A stretch of 44,781 nucleotides of DNA, from contig JAILPC010000104.1 of assembly GCA_024690465.1 (NCBI GenBank), forward strand, positions 1 through 44,781, given 5' to 3'. The translations under genes were made by a program, and so were the position numbers. This document shows positions 37,331-44,781 of this stretch, one piece after another (the first letter of the stretch is position 1; every line of letters starts with the position of its first letter). The notes beneath the pieces were generated by a model. The model saw only the letters and a program-made list of their open reading frames with translations. It ran no database searches and had not been told where the DNA came from. Source of the stretch: Ruminococcus sp. (GTDB lineage Bacteria; Bacillota; Clostridia; Oscillospirales; Acutalibacteraceae).

Positions 37331-38299
37331 CTAATATATCCCCTGCACGGTAACCTCGCCCGAGTTTACGTTTGCTATTGTACCGTTACTGAGCATAACC
37401 TCGAGCTCGCCCGAGTTGCTGATTCCGACAGCCATTCCGCTGATTTTTCGTCTGCCTCGCGCAAAGGTAACCGAACGTCCGACTGTCGCGCACAGCGACT
37501 GATAATCAAAAACAGATGTGCCGCTGAGAGTGTAGTGGTTGCCGACAATCTCCGTTTCAAGATATTTCAGCACAAACGCCGCGAACTTGTTTCTGTCTAT
37601 GTGCCTGCCTGTTTCCAGCAGGATTGACGTCGCCTTGTGGGCGATATCCGCGGGGAACGAGGTGTGTCCTACATTGATTCCGATACCTGTGACGGTGTAG
37701 TCAACGCGGTCAAATTCAGCCGACATTTCCGTGAGGATTCCGACCAGCTTTTTCTTGCCGACGATAATGTCGTTCGGCCATTTTATCCTGCTGTCGAGCT
37801 TGCAAAAATCGTTAATAGCCCTGCACACGGCAAGTCCCGTGAGCGGTGTAATCGAGCTGATTTCGGCAGGCGCTTTTTCGGGACGCAAAAGCACGGAAAG
37901 AGCTACTCCGTCGTCCTTTTTGGTTTGCCATGTTCTGCCGAGCCTGCCCTTGCCCGCGGTCTGTTCGCGCGCGAGCACAACCGTGCCTGCCTCTGCTCCC
38001 TTTGAACCCAGGTCTTTGAGATATTCGTTCGTGGAGCCGATGGTGTCCAGCACATAAATTTTTTTGCCGATGAGCTTTGTCTCAAGATAACAGCAGATTG
38101 CTTCCTCGCACAGAACAGTAGGCATTTTTTTGAGCAGATACCCTTTGTTGGTAACCGACTCAATCTCAAAACCTTTGTCACGCAGAACCATAACAGCCTT
38201 GTTTATTGCCTGGCGTGACACACCGAGTTCCTGCGAAATCTGTTGTCCCGACACATGACTTTCGGCAGAATATAGAATTTTCGCGATTTTTGCCTGCAT
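37331..38299 (-). CDS. birA: Biotin-protein ligase / repressor with N-terminal HTH
   Basis: HTH SGQQISQELGVSRQAINK; QTAGKGRLGRTW; KWPND; KLVGIL. Confidence 0.96.
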   Translation of the reverse strand: MQAKIAKILYSAESHVSGQQISQELGVSRQAINKAVMVLRDKGFEIESVTNKGYLLKKMPTVLCEEAICCYLETKLIGKKIYVLDTIGSTNEYLKDLGSKGAEAGTVVLAREQTAGKGRLGRTWQTKKDDGVALSVLLRPEKAPAEISSITPLTGLAVCRAINDFCKLDSRIKWPNDIIVGKKKLVGILTEMSAEFDRVDYTVTGIGINVGHTSFPADIAHKATSILLETGRHIDRNKFAAFVLKYLETEIVGNHYTLSGTSVFDYQSLCATVGRSVTFARGRRKISGMAVGISNSGELEVMLSNGTIANVNSGEVTVQGIY

Positions 38300-38345
38300 A
38301 AAATCACCCTATAGAAAATAAGGGCGGAATAAACCGCCCTGTTTA

Positions 38346-38948
38346 TCAGCTTAAATTGCCCTTGCGTACAGCCTTGATTATGCTTACGATAATCGGTGTA
38401 ACTACAATATTTACGCCTAATTCCACAAGGAAGTTAACGCCTGTCATTGTGAATACAACGTAATAGAGCACATCGCTGCCGCCCGACCATGCTTCAAGCA
38501 CTGGCTTAAAGAACAACAGCATTCCGATTGAGAAAATACCTGTGTTTACAATCGGAGAAAGCACAGCCGCAGCCGCAGTCGCGACAATTGTGTTCTTCTT
38601 TGAGAGAGCCTTGAACACAAGTCCCGATACAAAGCCTGCCGCTACGCCCTTGAGCAAGCATACCACAACGCACAGGAAGGGATTTGCGTTCCATACCATA
38701 GCTCCGCCTACATCGACGCCGAAGATACACATGGCGATTACAACAACGCTGAACACTCCGCCGAGATACGCTCCGGCGCGCGCGCCGTAAAGAGCCGCGC
38801 CGATAACAATGGGAATTAGAGCAAGTGTAATCGCGAACGGTTTTGTGGGGAAATATGTTGTTACGACCTGCAACACAATTATTATTGCGGTCAGAATCCC
38901 CAGCCCCGCCATACGGAACATGTTTGTCTTTGTGTTTGTTTTTGTCAT
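38346..38948 (-). CDS. ECF transporter S component, probably pantothenate-specific (PanT-like)
   Basis: Multiple TM helices, ITLALIPIVIGAALYG...GAYLG; lies directly downstream of coaX. Confidence 0.8.
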   Translation of the reverse strand: MTKTNTKTNMFRMAGLGILTAIIIVLQVVTTYFPTKPFAITLALIPIVIGAALYGARAGAYLGGVFSVVVIAMCIFGVDVGGAMVWNANPFLCVVVCLLKGVAAGFVSGLVFKALSKKNTIVATAAAAVLSPIVNTGIFSIGMLLFFKPVLEAWSGGSDVLYYVVFTMTGVNFLVELGVNIVVTPIIVSIIKAVRKGNLS

Positions 38949-39044
38949 TAAAATACCTCCTGCTGCCGCCTTACATCAGTAAGTACAGCGCAATTTTTTT
39001 ATACAAAGCTTGATGTAACTCAAGCCGTATGTTCTTTAACTAAT

Positions 39045-39079
39045 CAGTGGTAAGTGGTAAGTAGAAAGTGATAAGTTAT
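39045..39079. repeat. 7-bp tandem array directly after the coaX stop
   Basis: CAGTGGT AAGTGGT AAGTAGA AAGTGAT AAGTTAT on the + strand. Confidence 0.7.
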
Positions 39080-39843
39080 TTATTGTTTTTGTTGTATATG
39101 ATTTTAAGTCCTTCCAAAACCAAATCATCGTTGATGTTGATGTCGAGTTTGCAGTTTTTGACAATGCTCTTAGCCAGCCCGCCTGTCGCTACAATTGTCG
39201 ATACTTCTCCTGTCTCCTCGATATAGCGCTCAATCATTCCGTCGAGCATACACGCCGTGCCGTAGATGATACCGCTTTTTATGCAGTCCTCGGTGTTGGT
39301 GCAGATTGCCTTTTTCGGCGGATTGAGGTCAACGCTCGGGAGCAGAGCCCCGTGATTTGTCAGAGCATCAAGCGAGATGTTCACTCCCGCGGTAATCGCG
39401 CCGCCGCAGTAGCACTTTTTCTCGTTGAGATATACAATGGTGGTTGCCGTACCAAGCCCGATAACAATTGACGGGCAGGGATAAAGCTCCTTTGCGGCTA
39501 CACACATACACAGAATGTCAGCGCCCAGACTCGCGGGGTTGTCGATTCTCAGGTCAAGTCCCGATTTCACTCCGGGTCCCACAACGATTGTGTCGATACC
39601 CGTAAGCTTTTTTATCGCTTTGCAAAACGGAGAAGTAACCTTGGGAACAACGGTCGAGATAATCGAGCCTTCGAGTTTTTTTACGTCAAAGCCGTTAATC
39701 AAAAAAATAGCGTGAATTTCCGCGGCGAATTCGTCTTCTGTCTTTTTGCTGTCTGTCGCGACTCTCAGTTTGAGAATATTTTTGTTGTTTTCGTACAACG
39801 CTAATTTTATGTTAGTATTGCCGACATCAGTGCATAGCAGCAT
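39076..39843 (-). CDS. coaX: Type III pantothenate kinase
   Basis: DVGNTNI, LGAD, GTAT, ATGG. Confidence 0.95.
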   Translation of the reverse strand: MLLCTDVGNTNIKLALYENNKNILKLRVATDSKKTEDEFAAEIHAIFLINGFDVKKLEGSIISTVVPKVTSPFCKAIKKLTGIDTIVVGPGVKSGLDLRIDNPASLGADILCMCVAAKELYPCPSIVIGLGTATTIVYLNEKKCYCGGAITAGVNISLDALTNHGALLPSVDLNPPKKAICTNTEDCIKSGIIYGTACMLDGMIERYIEETGEVSTIVATGGLAKSIVKNCKLDININDDLVLEGLKIIYNKNNK

Positions 39844-40005
39844 AATATCACCCAATGCATTATACAACAAAAACGCAGTTATTTCAACTCTATATACAAA
39901 ATTTTCTTTAAGTGAAAAATATATCGAATTTTGTATGTTATATTAATACTGTATGTGAAGATAATCCAATCCGCATTATTTCTGACATATGGAAGGAGTA
40001 ATCAT

Positions 40006-40851
40006 ATGGCTAAATCATTTGCTCAGCTCAGGGTTCTTGCCGCCAAGGCGAGACTCGGCGCAATCATAGGAACATATCACGCCAAGTCGGGACATCCCGG
40101 CGGTTCACTTTCGGCGGCTGATATTTTCACCTATCTCTATTACAACGAAATGAATGTAGATCCTCAAAATCCTCAGTGGGAGGACAGAGACCGCTTTGTG
40201 CTCTCCAAGGGACATTGCTGTCCCAGCCTTTACGCAATTCTTGCTATGAAAGGCTTTTTTGACTGGAGCGAGCTCGAGAGCCTGCGTCACGTCGGTTCAA
40301 TGCTTCAGGGACATCCCGATATGAAGCGTACACCCGGTGTTGATATGAGTTCAGGTTCACTGGGACAGGGAATTTCCGCCGCGTGCGGTATGGCGTTCGC
40401 CGCTAAGCTAGACAACAAGGATTATCGTGTATACACAGTCCTCGGCGACGGCGAGTGCGAAGAAGGCCAGGTCTGGGAGGCGGCTATGTTCGCCGCTCAC
40501 AACAATCTCGACAACCTCGTTGTTTTTGTTGACCAGAACGGACTCCAGATTGACGGCACAGTCGAGGAAGTTTGCGGAATCGAGCCTCTCGACAAGAAGT
40601 TTGAGTCATTTGGTTTTGAGGTAGCAAAGATCGACGGCCACAGCTTTGAGGAAATCGAAGCGGCTCTCAACAAGGCTAAGACAGTCAAGGGCAAGCCTTT
40701 CGCTATTCTTGCCAAGACAGTTAAGGGCAAGGGCGTAAGCTTTATGGAAAACCAGGTAGGCTGGCACGGCAAGGCGTGCAACGACGAGGAGTTCAAGGTT
40801 GCTGCAGCCGAGCTGGAAGCTCAGATTGCGAGACTGGAGGCTGAAGTATAA
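40006..40851 (+). CDS. Transketolase, N-terminal subunit
   Basis: SGHPGGSLS, RDRFVLSKGH, GSLGQG, GDGECEEGQVWEA. Confidence 0.96.
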   Translation: MAKSFAQLRVLAAKARLGAIIGTYHAKSGHPGGSLSAADIFTYLYYNEMNVDPQNPQWEDRDRFVLSKGHCCPSLYAILAMKGFFDWSELESLRHVGSMLQGHPDMKRTPGVDMSSGSLGQGISAACGMAFAAKLDNKDYRVYTVLGDGECEEGQVWEAAMFAAHNNLDNLVVFVDQNGLQIDGTVEEVCGIEPLDKKFESFGFEVAKIDGHSFEEIEAALNKAKTVKGKPFAILAKTVKGKGVSFMENQVGWHGKACNDEEFKVAAAELEAQIARLEAEV

Positions 40852-41795
40852 TGGCAGATATTGTATGTAAAGCTACACGCGAGAGCTTCGGTATGGCTCT
40901 TTGTGAAATGGCTGAAACCAATAAAGATATAGTAGTTCTCGACGCTGACCTGGCGGCGGCTACAAAAACATCAATTTTCGGCAGCGCTTTTCCGGAGCGC
41001 TTCAAAGACTGCGGTATTGCCGAGGGCAATATGATGGGCGTTGCGGCAGGTTTGGCCGCGGCAGGCAAAATCCCCGTTGCCGCTTCGTTCGCTATGTTCT
41101 CAACAGGACGCGCTTATGAAATTATCCGCAACTCAATCGCGTATCCGGGTTTAAATGTTAAAATCGCGGGTTCGCACGCGGGCATCTCAACAGGTGAGGA
41201 CGGCGCTACACACCAGTGTATCGAGGATGTCGCGCTTATGCGTACACTCCCGGGTATGACAGTGCTCTGTCCCGCTGACCATTACGAGATGATGGAAGCT
41301 ACCAAAGCGGCGCTCTCAATCACGGGCCCCGTATATATTCGTTTGGGTAGACTTGCTATAGACAGCTTCAACGACCCCGACACATACAAGTTCGAGCTCG
41401 GCAAGGGTATCACTCTCCACGAGGGTAACGATGTTGCCGTAATCGCCACAGGTCTTGTTGTCAACGAGGCTAGAAAAGCTGTCAACGCGCTTGAGGCTGA
41501 GGGTATCAACGCAAGACTTATCAATATCCACACAATCAAGCCCATTGACCGTGATATCATAATCAAAGCGGCTAAAGAGTGCGGACAGATTATCACTGTC
41601 GAGGAGCACAACATCATCGGCGGTCTTGCGGACGCGGTTTGCGAGGTTACATCATCCGAGTGCCCCGTCAAGGTTACCCGTATCGGTGTAAACGACGAGT
41701 TCGGCTACAGCGGTCCCGCTTGGGAGCTTCTTGAGCTGTTCGGTCTTACTGAAACAGGAATCGCAAAAGTTATTCGCGAAACAGTAAAAAAATAG
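40851..41795 (+). CDS. Transketolase, C-terminal subunit
   Basis: DADL, GIAEGNM, GEDGATHQ, EEHNIIGGL. Confidence 0.96.
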   Translation: MADIVCKATRESFGMALCEMAETNKDIVVLDADLAAATKTSIFGSAFPERFKDCGIAEGNMMGVAAGLAAAGKIPVAASFAMFSTGRAYEIIRNSIAYPGLNVKIAGSHAGISTGEDGATHQCIEDVALMRTLPGMTVLCPADHYEMMEATKAALSITGPVYIRLGRLAIDSFNDPDTYKFELGKGITLHEGNDVAVIATGLVVNEARKAVNALEAEGINARLINIHTIKPIDRDIIIKAAKECGQIITVEEHNIIGGLADAVCEVTSSECPVKVTRIGVNDEFGYSGPAWELLELFGLTETGIAKVIRETVKK

Positions 41796-41797
41796 AC

Positions 41798-41825
41798 AAA
41801 AGCGGGGCAATTTGCTCCGCTTTTT
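41798..41825 (+). terminator. Rho-independent terminator
   Basis: AAAAGCGGGGCA-loop-TGCTCCGCTTTTT. Confidence 0.8.
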
Positions 41826-41835
41826 GAATTTATAC

Positions 41836-41864
41836 TTGACATTTTGGAAAAAATATGATAGAAT
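41836..41864 (+). promoter_or_regulatory. sigma-A promoter of trxA-trxB
   Basis: TTGACA, 17 nt spacer, TG-A-TAGAAT. Confidence 0.8.
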
Positions 41865-41909
41865 ATAGATAATAGATTGCGTACAATCTAAATTTCGGAG
41901 GTGTTAAAA

Positions 41910-42224
41910 ATGACAAAAGAAATAACAACACAGGAATTTAACGAAAAAGTTATAAACAGTTCAAAACCCGCTCTCGTTGACTTCTGGGCTTCGTGGTGCG
42001 GTCCTTGCAGAATGCTCTCTCCGCTCGTTGACAGCGTAAGTGAACAGTACAGCGAAGTTGATTTTTATAAGGTAAATGTTGACGAAGAGTCCGAGCTCGC
42101 CCGTGAGTACGGCATTATGAGTATTCCGTCGCTTATTCTGTTCAAGGACGGCGAGGTTCTCGACGAGTCAGTCGGCGTTCTGTCAGAGGCTCAGCTCAAA
42201 GCGTTTGTTGAGCAGGCGATATGA
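41910..42224 (+). CDS. trxA: Thioredoxin
   Basis: VDFWASWCGPC. Confidence 0.97.
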   Translation: MTKEITTQEFNEKVINSSKPALVDFWASWCGPCRMLSPLVDSVSEQYSEVDFYKVNVDEESELAREYGIMSIPSLILFKDGEVLDESVGVLSEAQLKAFVEQAI

Positions 42225-43114
42225 AAGATTTAATAATCGCGGGCAGCGGTCCCGCGGGACTAGCGGCGGCTGTATATGCGTCCAACGCTATGCTCGATTT
42301 TGTCGTTATTGAAAAATTCCCTATGTCGGGCGGACAGATGCTCAATACGATTGATATCAACAACTACCTCGGCTTTGAGCTAACCGACGGCTTTTCGCTC
42401 GGACAGGCTTTCCGTTCCCATGCCGAAAAACAGGGTGCTGAGTTTATAAACGATGAAATCACAGCAATCGAAAAGATTGACGGCGGCTACAAGGTTGTCT
42501 GCAACAACGGCGAGTATGAAACAAAAACAATAATCTTCGCCCTCGGAGCCAATCCGCGAAAGCTCGGCGCGAAAGGCGAGCAGGAGCTCGCGGGCAGGGG
42601 AGTCAGCTATTGTGCGACCTGTGACGGAAACTTCTTCCGCGGAAGAGACGCGGCAGTAATCGGCGGCGGAGACGTCGCTCTCGAGGACGCGCTGTATCTC
42701 GCGAATATCTGCTCCGAGGTTTACCTTATTCACCGCAGAGGAGAGCTCCGCGGCGCGAAGTATCTTCAGGATAAGGTTTTTAAGAACGAGAAGATAAAGC
42801 TTGTACTTAACACTCAGGTTAATGAAATACTCGGAGAAAGGAAGGTTGAGGGACTAAAGCTCAACAACGGCGAAACTCTCAGCGTTGACGGCGTGTTTAT
42901 TGCCGTAGGCACCGATGCAAATTCAAAGCTTATTGAAAATCTGGTCGAAACCGACAAGGGCTTTATCGTTGCCGACGAAAGCGGAAAGACCTCATGCGAG
43001 GGCATTTTTGCCGCAGGTGACGTGAGGACAAAACGCCTCAGACAAATAAGCACAGCAGTTTCCGACGGCGCCAACGCGCTATACAGCGTCGAGGAATATC
43101 TGAACAAAAATTAA
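42221..43114 (+). CDS. trxB: Thioredoxin-disulfide reductase
   Basis: GSGPAG, GVSYCATCDG, IGGGD, FAAGD. Confidence 0.96.
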   Translation: MKDLIIAGSGPAGLAAAVYASNAMLDFVVIEKFPMSGGQMLNTIDINNYLGFELTDGFSLGQAFRSHAEKQGAEFINDEITAIEKIDGGYKVVCNNGEYETKTIIFALGANPRKLGAKGEQELAGRGVSYCATCDGNFFRGRDAAVIGGGDVALEDALYLANICSEVYLIHRRGELRGAKYLQDKVFKNEKIKLVLNTQVNEILGERKVEGLKLNNGETLSVDGVFIAVGTDANSKLIENLVETDKGFIVADESGKTSCEGIFAAGDVRTKRLRQISTAVSDGANALYSVEEYLNKN

Positions 43115-43122
43115 GTGAGAAT

Positions 43123-43150
43123 GTACCCCTTTAAACAGGGGTACTTTTTT
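43123..43150 (+). terminator. Rho-independent terminator
   Basis: GTACCCCT-loop-AGGGGTAC-TTTTTT. Confidence 0.8.
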
Positions 43151-43201
43151 GCACAAATTTGACCTTTCCAAACGTAACTATTAATGAAAGGAGGAAGTAA
43201 G

Positions 43202-43714
43202 TTGTCAAAAATCGGTACCGACAAATTAAGCTCCGACGCGCGTCGGGAGCTAATTACAGATATAATAAGGCAGTACGCGGATTTTATATTCCGTACAGCG
43301 TATCAGAACCTCAAAAACCGCAGTGACGCGGAGGATGTGCTTCAGGAAGTAAGCGTAGCACTTGTTAAGTCAAATGCTCCGTTAACCGACAGCTTACACC
43401 TCAAAAGCTGGCTGGTTACGGTAACACTGAATAAATGTCGTGACCTGCGGCGATATCAAGCCCGACGTTCTTACATACCGCTCGAAGAATGTGAGAACAT
43501 CGAGGCGCCCGAGACCCGTGAGGTTATGGAGGAGTTGTGGCAACTGCCTGAGAACTACAGAACTGTTATTTATCTTCATTATTACGCGGGCTTTAAGCTT
43601 GCCGAAATTGCGGAGATACTCGGTAAAAAACCAAACACCGTTGCTTCTCGGCTTCGGCGCGGACGCAAAGCTCTCGAAAAAATCCTGAAGGAAGAAGGTT
43701 CAGACTATGAATAG
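43202..43714 (+). CDS. ECF RNA polymerase sigma factor
   Basis: DAEDVLQEV, KSWL...NKCRD, LPENYRTVIYLHY...EIAEILG...TVASRLRRGR; TTG start after AGGAGG. Confidence 0.93.
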   Translation: MSKIGTDKLSSDARRELITDIIRQYADFIFRTAYQNLKNRSDAEDVLQEVSVALVKSNAPLTDSLHLKSWLVTVTLNKCRDLRRYQARRSYIPLEECENIEAPETREVMEELWQLPENYRTVIYLHYYAGFKLAEIAEILGKKPNTVASRLRRGRKALEKILKEEGSDYE

Positions 43715-44597
43715 AATTAATATTAAAGCGATTGACAACCTCAGAGCGTCACCGCAGGCGGTTGAGAACGCTGTACAGGCAGCGCTCAGAGTTGAGCAAT
43801 CGGGAAAGGTCATTCAAATGAAAACAAAACACAAATATTATAAGCCTGTCAGCATTATAGCCGCGAGCCTTGCAGTAATAATAGCGCTTGGAGTGATTCT
43901 GTTTCCGCGCAGTAATAACACATTTTATATCAACGCGAGCGCGGCGGAGGTTGAGCGCGGATACGATTATAAACATTCAACTATAGGGGCGTATTCGACC
44001 GAATCGTCAGCTGAAACAAAAATAAACACAGTTACGGGAAAATCCACCTTTATGTTGGAATATGTGCTCACTGATTTCTACGTCAGTGGAAAAAACATCG
44101 AGTCCGTTACAATGAAAGCCAACAAAAACTGCACATATTTTGACATTCTTAAAGACAAACAATTATTCAAGGATTACGCTGTAAATAACAACACTCAATA
44201 TAAAAAAAGTGATTTGGGAGCGGTTACTTTGGGTTGTGACAGCTTGACATTTGAGAATAAGGCTCTTAGCAAAGAACAGAAAGTTGACCTGAGCGGAAAA
44301 CTCGCGTTTGTGATTGAGGGCGATATGACTAATCCTGAGATTTCAGCAAAAGTGAAACAGCTTGGTCAAAATGTTTTGAAAGAAAACAAATCGTTGACAA
44401 AAAAAGAAGAACACGAAATTTATGAACAGGATACTAAGCTTGAAAATGAAATAATTCGGGAAACATTGAAAAACGCAACAATTGATGTAACTGTCAAGTT
44501 CAGCGACGGCAGCAAACAAACTCAAAAAATCAATGTTAATTATTTCCACGATAGTGAACAGCGTGATACTCAGTGGGTAACTTTTACATTAGGCTAA
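43707..44597 (+). CDS. Putative membrane anti-sigma factor
   Basis: Overlaps the sigma stop codon; short cytoplasmic N-terminus, single TM (IAASLAVIIALGVIL), extracellular domain. Confidence 0.7.
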   Translation: MNRINIKAIDNLRASPQAVENAVQAALRVEQSGKVIQMKTKHKYYKPVSIIAASLAVIIALGVILFPRSNNTFYINASAAEVERGYDYKHSTIGAYSTESSAETKINTVTGKSTFMLEYVLTDFYVSGKNIESVTMKANKNCTYFDILKDKQLFKDYAVNNNTQYKKSDLGAVTLGCDSLTFENKALSKEQKVDLSGKLAFVIEGDMTNPEISAKVKQLGQNVLKENKSLTKKEEHEIYEQDTKLENEIIRETLKNATIDVTVKFSDGSKQTQKINVNYFHDSEQRDTQWVTFTLG

Positions 44598-44608
44598 ATC
44601 CATATTTC

Positions 44609-44640
44609 AAGGCGGTCATTTTTGACCGCCTTAATTTTTT
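44609..44640 (+). terminator. Rho-independent terminator (intron target site)
   Basis: AAGGCGGTCA-TTTT-TGACCGCCTT then AATTTTTT. Confidence 0.85.
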
Positions 44641-44781
44641 GTATGACGGGCATATCAATGCTCTGTGGTGAAAGTCCACCGAGGCGTAGTTACCGACGAA
44701 CTCAAAAGTGACTCCCAAGGTTTGTATCGTGAGGTGCAGGCGAGAAGAAGGGATAGCGAAATCGTAGCCTGACGAACAGAA
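44641..44781 (+). mobile_element. 5' end (domain I) of a class IIC group II intron or intron remnant, truncated by the window edge
   Basis: Begins GTATG directly after a terminator. The ordered blocks GGCAT..GGTGAAAGTCC..GTAG..CAAGG..CGTGAG..GAAG..GCGAAA..CTGACGAACA parallel class IIC domain I. Confidence 0.78.

Noticed and set aside
43150-43183. Autoregulatory ECF promoter (GCACAA...CGTAA)
   Set aside because: Plausible, but the match is too short to support without knowing the ECF group.

Overview
Chromosomal window from a low-GC Firmicute, most likely an amylolytic Ruminococcus-like gut bacterium (inferred from an R. bromii-style dockerin and starch-binding-like modules). The left ~25 kb is an accessory cell-surface locus flanked by two BspA-type LRR genes. 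A ~15.7 kb operon (611-16299) encodes seven TasA-like subunits: six carry a SipW-type cleavage motif, and six share a C-terminal W-x-E motif, usually W-x-EG-x-D. It also encodes two SipW signal peptidases, two four-helix-bundle genes set between inverted 7-bp repeat arrays, and a membrane-anchored McrB-like AAA+ NTPase paired with a DUF2357 protein in which a very long coiled coil replaces the nuclease. A 2,251-aa secreted multi-CBM-like protein and a lipoprotein follow. The best candidate for an undescribed system is this SipW/TasA-type carbohydrate-binding fibre with a repurposed McrBC-like motor. The right ~20 kb is mostly housekeeping: serine hydrolase, flavin reductase, argG-H-C-J-B-GNAT-D-F with ARG boxes, NCS2 permease, birA, ECF S component, coaX, split transketolase, trxA-trxB and an ECF sigma/anti-sigma pair. 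The window ends in the 5' end of a class IIC group II intron placed behind a terminator. All family calls are by-eye motif recognition; no searches were run.
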